Shown here in pieces: positions 1-12,469 of a stretch of DNA of 64,000 nucleotides. The number at the start of each line of letters is the position of its first letter. The stretch's first letter is position 1. The translations under genes were made by a program, and so were the position numbers. The notes under the pieces were generated by a model. That model searched no databases. It was not told where the DNA came from and saw only the letters and a program-made list of their open reading frames with translations. Source of the DNA: Octopus sinensis (Eukaryota). The DNA lies in assembly GCF_006345805.1 (NCBI RefSeq), contig NC_042997.1:174220001-174284000 (forward strand), in the 5' to 3' direction.

Positions 1-29
1 ATAATAATAATAATAATAACAACAACAAC

Positions 30-66
<37 letters not shown>

Positions 67-102
67 GTAATAATAATAATAGTAATAATAATAATAATAA
101 GT
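1..102. repeat. (AAT)n microsatellite
   Basis: Near-pure AAT/AAC/AGT triplets. Further (AAT)n/(TTA)n tracts at 654-703, 1028-1066 and 1488-1600. Confidence 0.98.
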
Positions 103-653
103 GCCCTGATGCAGTACCAGGCAATGGCTCTCATGGCTTCTGATCTTAACTGATTGGAAGTGTTAACATGTACATTGTTTTGTCTTGGTATAAAAGATGG
201 GCTACAGCAAATATTCTGCTCAATACCACAGATTTGCTTGTCAGTTGTTTGACCATAACCAGTTGAGCATGTCCCTTAGTGGCTGACGATATGTGCATCT
301 CTGATCACGAGCAGAAGTAGTGGGGGAGCATCATAGCCATGTGTTGAGAGGAATTCTTTGGGGTTGAATAATTCACCTCTGGAAACATGGGTGGTTCTTT
401 CAACATCCTTAAAAACCCTTATTCAGGGACCGTTTGAGCAGGATGGGCTATCAACCTGAAGAAAATTCTAACTGGGCCCCACCTGCAAGGTCATGTGCTG
501 TTTATCTTGATATGAGATCACCATGTCGCACACATATGGTTGTGATGCATGTGCCTGGTGTGCCCTTATCAGACGGGTAGTCATGATGGGTATATTGGGC
601 TTCGTATATTTTACCCCAGTGTCACTTTGATGGCATGAACTGCTCTCTCAATC
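103..653. mobile_element. Unclassified non-coding interspersed repeat inserted in (AAT)n
   Basis: 550-bp complex sequence bounded on both sides by (AAT)n. Its left end (TGCCCTGATGCAGTACCAGG...GGAAGTGTT) recurs in diverged form at 1422-1487, again between AAT/TTA tracts. Confidence 0.7.
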
Positions 654-684
<31 letters not shown>

Positions 685-701
685 TTAATAATAATAATAA
701 T

Positions 702-1030
702 AAGGCGGTTACAATACCAGTGATCGTAGGAGCACTAGGAATGATCAAGAAGGGAACCGAAAATTATATGAGAATGATCCCTGGCTTACCATCCCTGCAA
801 GAAGTGCAAAAGATTGTCTTAACTGGTACATCACACGTATTGAGAAAAGCATTGTCGCTGTGAGAGCTGTTACTGCCCATGTATTTTAATTTAACCTTAA
901 AAAAAGAAATGAACGAACTATTGAGTTTGGTTTAATGGCCTACCAATGTATACTATGAGTTTCTTTGCCCTAGGAGTCGGGAAGACGCTCGGCAAGAAAT
1001 GGAAGCAAATTTGAAAGAAGAAGAAAAAAT
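702..1030 (+). mobile_element. R4/Dong-type RLE non-LTR retrotransposon, 3' end fragment
   Basis: 702-863 translates KAVTIPVIVGALGMIKKGTENYMRMIPGLPSLQEVQKIVLTGTSHVLRKALSL*, matching the PVIVGALG...QK.VL.GT.H.LRK.L C-terminus of R4/Dong RLE proteins. A 3' UTR and (AAT)n follow. Confidence 0.8.
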
Positions 1031-1089
1031 AATAATAATAATAATGATAATAATAATAATAATAATGAGATAGTTAACTTTACAGTCTC

Positions 1090-1365
1090 AAATAATGAGA
1101 AAATCAGTATCCGGGGTATAGAGAAAATAGCGAACTCCCAGGACCTAGCCTTTGAATTACAGAGACTATGGAAAGTGCGCGTAAAATGTGTCCCCGTAGT
1201 TATAGGTGCATTGGGAACTATTCCCAAAGATTTGAAGAGCTCGATAGAAAAAAATAGGCATAAAACTTAGTGTAGTACAGCTCGTGGAAATAGTATTATT
1301 TGGGGCAGCTAGGCATTCTAAGGTTACTTGTTGCCCGATGTTACCAATTTTTCTTTTCCGACAGC
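1090..1365 (+). mobile_element. Second, different R4/Dong-type 3' fragment
   Basis: From 1094 translates NEKISIRGIEKIANSQDLAFELQRLWKVRVKCVPVVIGALGTIPKDLKSSIEK (EK..(KY)QDLA.EL.RLW....VPVVIGALG motif), then degenerates. Confidence 0.75.
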
Positions 1366-1421
1366 CTAATCTGTTGTAAGTATACGAATAATGATGATGA
1401 TGATATTAATAATAATTATAA

Positions 1422-1487
1422 ATGCCCTGATGCGGTACCAGATAGTGGCTCTCATGGATTTTGATCTTAATTGACTGGAAGTGTTAC
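1422..1487. mobile_element. Truncated copy of the 103-653 element end
   Basis: TGCCCTGATGCGGTACCAGATAGTGGCTCTCATGGATTTTGATCTTAATTGACTGGAAGTGTT aligns with 104-165. Confidence 0.8.
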
Positions 1488-1519
1488 CATTATCATTATT
1501 ATTATTATTGTTGTTTTTA

Positions 1520-1587
<68 letters not shown>

Positions 1588-1982
1588 GTCATCATCATCC
1601 AAAAAGAAGTGGAAGTATACAGTAATAAGTGGACCGCCTAGTATTTACTTACATTGTTTTGTTTGTTTAGACAACGAAGAAGTTATTTTCTCAGCCATTT
1701 CAAGTAACTAATCACTATAGACTCAAGTGTCCTTAAAATATATTCATATGTGCGTAGAGGACTGTTAATGATTTGTGAACCAATTGTCTGTACCCTCTTA
1801 ACTGACATACATTGGCGAGACCAGTTTTGTTTTACGCTGTCTGTCTTTCAGTAATTCAAATATTTTTGAGTAGAATCTCTGTCCCCCTTTATGGTTCCTG
1901 TTGAAGTCTACATTACTTTCAGATGTTTCTGGGATTAATAAAATAAGATACCTGTAATATACTGGGATCGACAGGTAGCGCT

Positions 1983-2203
1983 AAGGCGGCGAGCTGGCAG
2001 AAACGTTAGCACGCCAGGCGAAATGCTTAGTGGCATTTCGTCTGCTGTTACGTTCTAAGTTCAAATTCCGCCGAGGTCGACTTTGCCTTGGATCGATAAA
2101 TTAAGTACCAGTTACGCACTGAGGTCGATGTAATCGACTTAATCCGTTTGTCTGTCCTTGTTTGACTCTTCTGTGTGTGCCCCTGTGGGCAGTAGCGAAA
2201 TAA
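1983..2203 (+). mobile_element. tRNA-derived SINE, family B (GGCGGCGAGCTGGCAGAAACGTTAGC head)
   Basis: Nearly full copy. The same sequence recurs at 7906-8322, 44752-45030, 48808-49008, 50663-50790, 50915-51086 and 52883-53100. Confidence 0.9.
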
Positions 2204-2490
2204 GGTAGCGCCATTTCATTATACTGTATCCGCTATTTCTACTCCTTCCGCGGATAAGCCTGCGAAAACATCTCTTACGTAGTTAAGGAATTTGCAAGAC
2301 ATAACAAGCAAATCTCCTTTAAATAAATCCACTGGTCAATGCGCTGGATGAGGTAGTTCTAGAAATACTATATTTGAAGAAAAGAAGTTGAAATGCTTAT
2401 TGCGTTCAATAAAGTATACATTTATAAGTGTGTATGCGTATGTGTGCGTGAGTACACACATACTCACAAAGATATGTATACCATAAAAGT

Positions 2491-2704
2491 GTAAGTATGG
2501 CTGTGTGGGTAAAAAGATCGCTTCGCTACCGCTTGGCTTTCGGTTCAGTCCCACTGTTTGTCACTTAGAACACGTGTCTTCCACTGTGCACCCTGACTGA
2601 CCAACGTGAGTGTATTTGTTACTCAGAAACTGTATTGAAGCCTATCGCACATATGTATCTTTGTGTGAGCTTGTGTGTGTGGGGTGTTTGTATGTGTGTG
2701 TGTA

Positions 2705-2769
<65 letters not shown>

Positions 2770-2900
2770 CTGTGTGCCTGTGTGTGCGTACGCGGGCGTG
2801 TGCATATCGTTAACGTCACCATATCCTAAAACCCAGTGTTTACGTTCTCGTTATTTAGTGGTTCGGCAAAAGGGGATAAAAAAAAAAAGCACTACATTTA
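2491..2900 (+). mobile_element. tRNA-derived SINE, family A (TGGCTGTGTGGTAAG head, internal microsatellite), degenerate
   Basis: Head GGCTGTGTGG...GGTTCAGTCCCACTG, internal (GT)n, tail TTAGTGGTTCGGCAAAAG. Homologous to the intact copy at 24818-25180. Confidence 0.7.
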
Positions 2901-2915
2901 TAATGTAAGTACTGG

Positions 2916-3083
2916 GGATGACTTTCTCGGCCTACGAGGAGATGTTGAGAAGTTACTGACTTTAAGGATATTGCAGAAGGCCTGCTGGAGGCCCAACATT
3001 CTGCGTTCTTTTACCGGGCTTAGAAAAACTGAAGAGTCGCTGCAATAAATGTGTAAATTGGGAGTGGAATGTGTTGAATTAAA
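2916..3083 (+). mobile_element. mariner transposase 3' remnant
   Basis: Degenerate F.GL.KLKSRCNKCVN...ECVE* matches the mariner C-terminal KL..R..KC....GEY.E* motif. Confidence 0.5.
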
Positions 3084-3214
3084 TCATGATAAACTGATCC
3101 TCCTCTATCGTTTTACCCTAAGTTAACACTTTTCCGCACCACCTCGTAACCCTTTTCACTCTCACTCACCTGGTTTTGGGTAAAAAAAAAAAATGCAGGA
3201 GAATCAGTTAATTA

Positions 3215-3365
3215 TGATTTTATTCCTCGTATTCCCCTTTCAGATTCACAAATCTATTGCAGCGGTCCTTCAGTTTTTCTAAGCTCTGTGAAAGAACTCG
3301 GAATGTTAAGCCTCCAGCTTTGCCTACCCGCGATACCCTTAATGCCTGAGTATGGCCGCAGCCTG
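3215..3365 (-). mobile_element. mariner transposase 3' remnant, inverted relative to 2916-3083
   Basis: Minus strand reads ...SLEKLKDRCNRFVNLKGEYEE*. Confidence 0.6.
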
Positions 3366-3445
3366 ACTGAGACGAGAAAAGAATTAAAATAAAAGAAGAA
3401 AAGAATACAAAACACATACACACACACACATACACACACGCGTAT

Positions 3446-3485
<40 letters not shown>

Positions 3486-3840
3486 ACACACACAAACACA
3501 CACGTATGCACATACGCACGGCAACGTTCAGAAGTACATATTAACGTAGAGAGAAAGGAAAAGATATTTTTTCATATATCTCTATATGTGTTTACATTCC
3601 ACATTTGTAAACAAGATGAGCAACAACGGATTTTTTTTTTTTGAAGCGGGGAAAAAAAGCATAATGAACAAACAAGACTAAACCACAAATATACCATATA
3701 TATATAAAGATCACATGAATGTTGATAGAAAAGTTTGAACGATTTATTTCAGTTGATCTATGTCTATCTCTCACTCACCTTATCAATCGCATAACAAACA
3801 AACACACACATCTTCAGCTTCCTACATGCATGCATGTTAT

Positions 3841-3883
<43 letters not shown>

Positions 3884-4116
3884 TGTGTATGTGTGTGTAT
3901 GTGTGTGTGTGTGTGTGTGTGCGTGGGTGTGTTTGTGTTTGTCTGTGTGAGTGCTTGTCTGAGTAGACTAAGCAAACAGGTAAGAAATATGGATGGTTAG
4001 TTACGTAACTAAAAGTGCATATGCCGATAAAGACATACAAGACAGATACATACACTTACATACCCGTACACATACATACATACACACATATATATATGCA
4101 GACGCATATATTTATA

Positions 4117-4171
<55 letters not shown>

Positions 4172-4804
4172 CTGTGTGTGCGCGGATGTGTGTGTTGATA
4201 TATAGCAAGTCAGTTTTTTTCTCATTTGCAAATTGAAGTATTTATGTATGAATATATGTGTATATATATATGTGCATATACACATATTTAAAGTATACAT
4301 ATAACATTTAATCATACGTAAATGCATTTATATATTATATATATATATATATATTATATATATATATATATATAACTTATATATACATACGTAATATACG
4401 TATATATATATATATTTTTATATACATATATTATATATAAATCCATATATGTATGATTAAATACTATATATATATAATTTTGTGTGTATTCTAATATAAG
4501 TCTGTTATACATATGCACACATATATATCCATATCGATCATTTTAAATATTTCAACTGCAACGTATTTTTCAATGATTGATGCGTGAATATTTTATATAT
4601 TTACACACGTATTGATTTATATGTATATTTATTTAATGCTTCGTGTATTTAACAACTGATAGTCAATTTTTTTTTACGGCACTGATTCTTCTCAATTTTT
4701 ATTCTGTTCTTTAATTTCATTTTTTTTTTTTACAAATATATTTTTCATTTATCACGTTTTATTTGTTTATTAGTTTAGTATGGTTATGGTGTCTTATATT
4801 ATAG

Positions 4805-4835
<31 letters not shown>

Positions 4836-5451
4836 TGTATGTATGTATGTATGTATGTATGTATGTATGTATGTATGTATGTATGTATGTATGTTTGTAT
4901 GTATGTATGTATGTATGTATATCTGTGTCTGTGTGCGTGCGTGGAAATATGTATGTGTATACATAAAGTTCTTAAGTAAATCTTTTCAGTTAGATATCAT
5001 ATCATACTCATATTTCAAAGCAAATCTACTTTAACTACTGTGTGAAGACGCTTGGAATGTCTTGAATTGTCTTGTTCTTTCTTTCTTTCTTTCTTTCTTT
5101 TATTTCTCTTTTGTTGTCTTTTATTTTTCTTTTATTTTTATTTCTATGTTTTTGGCTTGGAGCAGAAATGCTAGTATTCATAGTACGAGAAGGCGTAGGT
5201 GGAGAGTACGAAGGAGAAGAAAATGGTGTGCATGGAAGAGGAGGAGAACAACGAGGCTGGATCGGAATGGTACGAGAAGTGAAAACAGAATGTAAACTAG
5301 AGTTGAAAAAGAAGGTGGCGAAATGTAAGCACGGAAAAAATATCTGAAGATGAACAAATGAACCAGTAACGAAAGAAAATGAAAGTAGATTAGATGACAG
5401 CAGAGTGACGTTTGAGCAAAAGGAAAAAAAGGATAACTTGAAAAAAATATT

Positions 5452-5507
<56 letters not shown>

Positions 5508-6690
5508 CAACAATTAAAATGCTCAAATCTTACACCCTTGTTACTTGGGTTTTACGTTACCGCATTTAGATACGACTAATCAACATTATACATTGCAACT
5601 TAATATTGTTGTAAATATGATCAAAACGATGCTCATGAATATTTCGAACATTTAAAACATTTAATGATATTCTTGCCATAAGGACTGAAATAAAAAAGGT
5701 GATGAGATACATGAAAGCTATGAGACGAGGAATACCTGAAAAACAGAAAGAAAGAGAGTAAGAGTGAAAGATAAAGAGAGCCCGAGTCAATGAGTGAGGG
5801 AGAGGAAATACTGAAACACAAAATAAAAGAATGAATCATCAAAGAACTACAAACGCAACGGGACGAAAAACAGGAATGAGGAAGATGGAAAAAGACAGGC
5901 AGAAGAGGAAGTAAGAAATAGATCATTCGTTAAATTTTTATAATAGGGAATAGAAATAGTTATGACAGTGTTATGGGAGAATGTACATTAGGAAGGAGTG
6001 TGGAAGTGAATGAAAAAGTGTAAGGTTTATGATTATGTGAGTGACTGAATGAAAAGTAAAAAAAGTGAAGAGGGGGAAGGCCTTCATGAATTTTTTTTAT
6101 AGAACGTAAAAAAATATAAACTAAAACGACAAAAATAAAATGATAGTAACATAAAGAAGCTTAAGTGAAGAATCAGAAAAGGAAAAGGTAATGACGGAAT
6201 AGAAAGAGGCATTTATTATATCTTCTGCAGCGAAGACAGCTGATTGTTGCTTGATTGAATAAATATAATAAAGCGCAAAGGTGTTTCAGATTCAAATGAT
6301 ATCGAGTTTTTTTCCCCGTTATGACAGAAAATGAAGTCCGTTTACTGATAGTCTACAGTCCACTGAGAAATAACTTTGAACAACATTTAACCACAGGGAT
6401 GATGCTGGTTCAGAAGGAAACTCTAAAGGACTCTCATTAACACTAACCTCAAAGGTTGTCACCTGTCTGTCCAGCCTCTTTGAGGAATGTCCAATGATAA
6501 GGTAATGAAACTCCTGAAGGATGCTGTACACAGAAACTCTAACCCTATGTATTAAAATATTTACTTTAAGGGGTTGAGTTCGGGGTACTACAGAGAGAGT
6601 ACGTAATCATACATGATGACACGCTACTCTATGTGTGTGTGTGTGGTGTGTTGTGTGTGTATGTTGTGTGTGTGTCATATATATATATAT

Positions 6691-7240
6691 TTTTTCTCTC
6701 TAGTTTCAGCTCAGAACTACGGCCATACTGATGCACAGCCGTTTTGCTAAACTGTTATTACTAAGAGCCTCCTCTAATATGTGGCATTTGGTGAAGAATG
6801 AAGTTTAATATAGCTACCCTCATTTACACCTCTTGCCGTGAGGCAGATTCATCTGGGATTCTCGACAGGAAGAGGTCCAGTTTTGATTTTAAAATCCCTA
6901 CATCTACTTTGTGCAAGTTCCTCAGACTCTTTGGGAGAATAGTAAAAAGCTGTGGGCCCTTGAAACCCAGGCTGTTGCAGTAACTGGTCCTGAAGTGTGA
7001 TGGCATTGCTGGGATCTTTGGCACTATGCAGTGTCATCTCGTTCTGGCATAGGTGTAGCTTTCAATGCCAAAACTTGGCACGATCCCTTCCAGATATATA
7101 TTACTGCATACCTCTCCCGTCTTCTTTCTAGGGAGTAGAGTCTTAGCTGTTTCAACCTTACCCGGTAGCTGAGCTGTTGCAAAGAGACGATCTTCTTTGT
7201 GAATCTTCTCTGGATTGCTTCAAGGTCCGCTGTTAATTTC
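6691..7240 (-). mobile_element. CR1/L2-type LINE 3' fragment, frameshifted
   Basis: Minus-strand peptides DLEAIQRRFTKKIVSLQQLSYRVRLKQLRLYSLERRRERYAVIYIWK and SLGFKGPQLFTILPKSLRNLHKVDVGILKSKLDLFLSRIPDE. The 3' UTR ends in GAGCTGAAACTAGA. Confidence 0.9.
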
Positions 7241-7284
<44 letters not shown>

Positions 7285-7285
7285 G

Positions 7286-7383
<98 letters not shown>

Positions 7384-7867
7384 TGAGGAGGGAGAGAGAA
7401 AAAAAATGGAAGTCTAGAAATGGGGAGCAGGGGAAATTGTGTCTGACAATATAACGCCAAAGAATAAAAAGTAACCCAAAACATGGAATTCCCCTCCCTG
7501 TTGTATAGTGTGGTTTTTGTTTTTGTCTGGTCCGAGATTTAACCTAATAGAAATCTATGACCAAATGAATTCTATCCGTGACAATTTTGTTTGATTAGGA
7601 GCATCAAGGACTACATCGACTAATGTGTCTTCATTTAAGGTGCATTCACGGAAATTTGATTGTTATTTCGAACAGGTCGAGCGACCACATAAAAGCCAAT
7701 ATACTGAAGCAGAGGTTACTTATCTGCGTGATTGAAATAGAAAGGACCATCTGTATGGTAACTTAATATGCTAGAAATTGCAACCAGGTCTCCTCTAAGC
7801 CTCATCTGCTTTCTCTCGAAACATATCACTACTTTATTTTCTTTCATTTTTCTCTCTCTCACTCTAG

Positions 7868-8483
7868 CGGCATTTCGTCCATCTACACGTTGTGGGTTCA
7901 AATTCTTATTTCTTTACTGCCTACAAGGGGCTAAACGTAGAGGGGACATATAAGGACAGACAAAGGGATTAAGTCGATTACATCGACCGCAGTGCGTAAC
8001 TGGTACTTGTTTAAGCGACTTCGAAAGGATGAAAGACAAAGTTGACCTCGGCGGAATTTGAACTCAGAACGTAACGGCAGACGAAATACCTATTTCTTTA
8101 CTACCCACAAGGGGCTAAACACAGAGAGGACAAACAAGGACAGACAAACGGATTAAGTCGATTATATCGACCCCAGTGCGTAACTGGTACTTAATTAACG
8201 ACCCCCGAAAGGATGAAAAGCAAAGTCGACCTCGGCGGAATTTGAACTCAGAACGTAACGGCAGACGAAATACCGCTAAGCATTTCGCCCGGCGTGCTAA
8301 CGTTTCTGCCAGCTCGCCGCCTTTGTGGGTTCAAATTCTGCCGAAGCTAAACTTACCGTTTATCCCTTCGGGGTCGATAAAATAAGTACCAGTTGAGCTC
8401 GGGAGTGGTGGGGTGGGGGTAGCGGCGGATCGATGTAATAGACTTACACACTCCTCCGAAATTGCTGGCCTGGTGTCAATATT
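7868..8483 (+). mobile_element. Older SINE family B copy interrupted by a younger insertion
   Basis: Left part 7868-7905 (GCGGCATTTCGTC...GTTCAAATTC) continues at 8323-8483 (GTTCAAATTCTGCCGAAG...GGGGTCGATAAAATAAGTACCAGTTG...CCGAAATTGCTGGCC). Confidence 0.75.
7906..8322 (-). mobile_element. Head-to-tail SINE family B dimer with 16-bp TSD
   Basis: Full copy 8091-8322 plus 5'-truncated copy 7906-8090. Flanked by direct repeats TTGTGGGTTCAAATTC at 7890-7905 and 8323-8338. Confidence 0.9.
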
Positions 8484-8779
8484 TTCTCTATGTTTTATCT
8501 TATTTTCTACCCCTCTCACAAGCACACTGTCACACACACTTGCATATTCAGACGTACCCAGGCAAGCAACGACGCACAAACAAAACAGAAGATTCTATCA
8601 GTATATCTTTCTTCATCTTTCATTTCGTACTATTCCGTACATTTCCGCCATTCATCAAAATATTCCTCTATTTCTCACTCCTCATTTTCTCTCGCTGTCA
8701 CGCTCATTGTCTTCAGTTTTTGTCTATCTCTACATATACTTCAATTCTGACTTTTTATCCAGTGGAATACTCCTGTCCT

Positions 8780-8784
8780 TTATA

Positions 8785-8845
<61 letters not shown>

Positions 8846-9104
8846 CCTCTCGCATTCCACCCTTCTTTACTCCTCTCTCTCTCTCTCTCTCTACCCTCTC
8901 GCATTCCACTCTTCTTCACTCATCTCTCTTTCTCTCTCTCTCTCTCTCTGTGTTTCTCTCTCTCTTATTCCAGATCTTCTCTGTTTCTCTGTTCACTTCC
9001 TTGCTTCTCATTCTCATATTTTCTTTCTAATACTCCATTTTCTCTTTCTGTCTCTCCTTCTCACCCTCACCCTCTCTCTGTTTCTGTCTGTCTATCTGTC
9101 TGCA

Positions 9105-9187
<83 letters not shown>

Positions 9188-9400
9188 ATTTCTAGTTCCT
9201 CTTTGTCTCTACATACACATTCTTTCCCGATTTCAAGCACTTCTTTATGCTTTTCTCTCTTCATTTCACTCTCTTTTTCGGGCACCCCACCACACACAAA
9301 TACACATATACACGCACACTTTATTTATTTCTCTCTTTACACCCTCCTCTCCCTCTCTCCTTTTCTCTCTCTCTTTCTCTTTATATATCTCTTCAATTTC
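8780..9400. repeat. (CT)n-rich low-complexity polypyrimidine tract
   Basis: Multiple (CT)n runs, with a duplicated CTCTACCCTCTCGCATTCCAC unit near 8840 and 8890. Accounts for the long S/L-rich ORFs here. Confidence 0.95.
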
Positions 9401-9429
9401 TGTTTACCTCTAAATGTATTTCCCGTTCC

Positions 9430-9462
<33 letters not shown>

Positions 9463-10399
9463 TTCTTATTCTTCTTCTCCTCCTCGTATTCTTTCTTCCT
9501 CTTCCCCGCCTCCTACTCATCTTCTTCTCCGCCCCCTTCCTCTTCTCTCCCTGCTTCCTCTTTCCTTATTTACTTAATCTCTCCTCTTATCATCTTTCTC
9601 CCCAGCTATACATCTATCTCTAACGCTAGTTCTCCTCCCGCTTTTCCTCTCCTTCTTGCACCCCACCCACTCGCATCTCACTCACGTTTTATCTCCCCCA
9701 TAAACCACCCCCACACACGCACACCACAACTACTCCCACTAAACCACCCGTCTAATCTCCCACCACTTACTCCCCCTCCCCGCACACACACACACACACT
9801 TACACTCCTTGTACTACTTTCCTTCCATAAACTCCTTCCTCAGAGTTCTCATCTGAAACTAGTTCGAATCCTTTAAAAGCCGTATCGATCTAATCTAGAG
9901 AGCAGTCAATACCTTTCTAGAAAACGATTCTCAAACCGATCATGATCAAACACAATATATCTTGGATCAGGGTTTTTAGATTATTCCACTATGATACAAA
10001 GCTAATCTTATTGGCTCAACCTCTTTTCCATTCCACACTCCACACATCTCTCATACCATTTTTACTCTCTTCGCTCCATTCCGCTTATTTTTATTATTAT
10101 TTATTATTAAGTATTTATTATTGTTGCTTTCCCCCCCTCTTTTTTGTTGTTGTTGAGTTTTTGCGGTTTTGTTGTTGTTCTTGTTCTTGTTGTTGTTTCT
10201 GCTTATCTTTCTCTACTTTTACACTCTATTATTCATACTCAGACGTACACACATGTGTATGTTTGATAGTTATTGGGTATGTGCGTGTATTTGTGAATAT
10301 ATATGTGTGTGTATTTGTGTATATATATGTGTGCGTGTGAGTGTGAGCGTATTTATTTATGTATGTACGTATGTATGTATGTACTATATACATAAATAT

Positions 10400-10448
10400 T
10401 TAGATGCATAGATATAGATATAGATATAGATATCTCTCTCGATATATG

Positions 10449-10505
<57 letters not shown>

Positions 10506-10583
10506 ATATCATATATATACATACATATATATATACATATATATATACATATATATATATACATACATATATATATATACATA

Positions 10584-10620
<37 letters not shown>

Positions 10621-10812
10621 TCACACACATATAGAGAGATGGATAGATACATACGTACATACATACATACATACATACATACATACATACATAATACACA
10701 TACATACATACAAACATACATACATACATACATACAATCATACATACATACATACATACATACATACATACATACATACATACATACATACATACATACA
10801 TACATACGTACA
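10400..10812. repeat. Compound (TAGA)/(AT)n/(TACA)n microsatellite
   Basis: Visible directly. Similar compound tracts at 4806-4920, 5454-5506, 16158-16236, 17232-17322, 29303-29520, 33540-33920, 34660-35040 and 47750-47920. Confidence 0.97.
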
Positions 10813-11450
10813 TGAATATCTTTACGTTTTTACGTTCCGTACTAATATTCTACTTTTGTCTTGCAAATTCTTTGGCTTTCTATCTCTTTATCTCACTTTC
10901 TTTGAGAGTAAACAAACGCATGCATATACATACACACACATACATGTGTGTGCGTGTGTGTGTGTGTGTGCGTATGTATGTGTTTGTGTGCGTGTGTAGC
11001 GAGTTGGTGAGTGTATACTTGTATATGCTTTTTGTGTCGATATATATATGTGCATGTGTGTATGTGCTTATATTTAAGCATCTATATACAACTGCACGCT
11101 GAAGTACCTAGCTAACGAGACCCCGAGGAAGCATTGCTATAAATAACAGCTACATGTACTTCAAGCCACACTATTTTCGTCTTAAAAAAGGGACACTGTT
11201 CGAAATAGATCTTGATTCCTTGCCCATAGGAAAGAAACCAGACAGTTATGGTTGTAACGATTTGAACATAATCTACTTGACTAGAAATGAGTTGTTTGGG
11301 CTAAACAATTACAACAGCGAATTAATTTTGTATGTGTGGATGTATATATGTATGTGTGTGTGTGAGTGTGTGTGTGTGTGTTTGTTCATGTATGCCCATG
11401 AGTGCAACACGCTTGTATTCTATTAGGAATGAATGAATATATATATATAT

Positions 11451-11944
11451 AAATTAGAAATGTCCATTACCAGTGGCCTAACGTGTAAAAAATTTAGTTA
11501 ATAGACTATATATTATTCCTATAAATACAGTGTACATTTAAACACATAAGAGGCCTCCATCATAGGACTCTTTGCATGCTAGAGAGAACAGTTAAATTCC
11601 AAGCCACTATTAGGGATAAAATTTCGAAGGGAATGGAAAATAAAAACATTCACCATCTAACTCCTGGACCAATGGTTTTAGACTTTATTTTTAGCAAATG
11701 TAATAATTTGCTAGGCGAAATCTTCTTCAGCAGGTACACCTTAGATTGAATATATATACACGAGGAAATCCAGTTTATGCCCCGCGCTTATACATTCTAA
11801 TTTTTTCAAATCTACCGCGCAAGCGCAGCTCTTTTTGGGCGGTAAATAAAAATGTTTAAATGTACACTGTATATATATGAATAATATATAGTCTATTGAC
11901 TAAATTTTTTACACGCTAGGCCACTGGTAATGAAAATTTCTAAT
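11451..11944. mobile_element. Foldback / MITE-like element with ~93-bp inverted arms
   Basis: 11451-11544 (AAATTAGAAATGTCCATTACCAGTGGCCTAACGTGTAAAAAATTTAG...GTGTACATTTAAACA) is the near reverse complement of 11853-11944. Preceded by (TA)n. Confidence 0.85.
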
Positions 11945-12093
11945 ATTTCAGATTACTCTTTGATAGTATCATTGAAGGGATGTAATAAATATCCTGGAAA
12001 CAGCAGTAAAACCTTCTATCTATAAATGTCCTAAAATCTAGACAGCCTTGGTTTATTATCTCATTACGGAAAAAAATTATATATATATATAAA

Positions 12094-12138
<45 letters not shown>

Positions 12139-12469
12139 ACCATGTTAATCTTCTGATGAAGACGGTTCTGCAATATATTGCTGAACAGGTGCACGGTGTA
12201 CCACACATCAAATATGGAAGTGATCGCAGAACACCATGAGTTGAATTATTTTGCTCAAGAAGACAATGCGCTACTCAGTCCAGGAACTGAAACCTCGAGC
12301 ACTTGATCGTGAGTGCAATACATTGTCCACCGAGTGATGCGTTCTCCTATGCATACATACAAATGTATGTGTGTGAGAGAGAACGCGTGTGAGAAGAAGT
12401 TCAGTAAAATGAAAGAAAGATGAGGTCTTGATGTCCGAGTTAACGAACGTGAAACAGAATGAAAGCAAA

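Noticed and set aside
103-653. Possible HDV-like or hammerhead ribozyme at either end of the AAT-embedded element (CTGATGCAG on plus, CTGATAAG on minus)
   Set aside because: The cores are non-canonical and I could not close the required stems or the HDV double pseudoknot by eye. Only simple hairpins are evident.
11690-11740. CTGAAGAAG on the minus strand in the foldback spacer as a hammerhead core
   Set aside because: No matching stem I around a downstream GAAA/NUH.
12150-12200. CTGATGAAGACGGTTC...GAAC hairpin as a hammerhead
   Set aside because: Core and a stem II-like hairpin are present, but GAAA, stem III and stem I are absent. At best a decayed relic.
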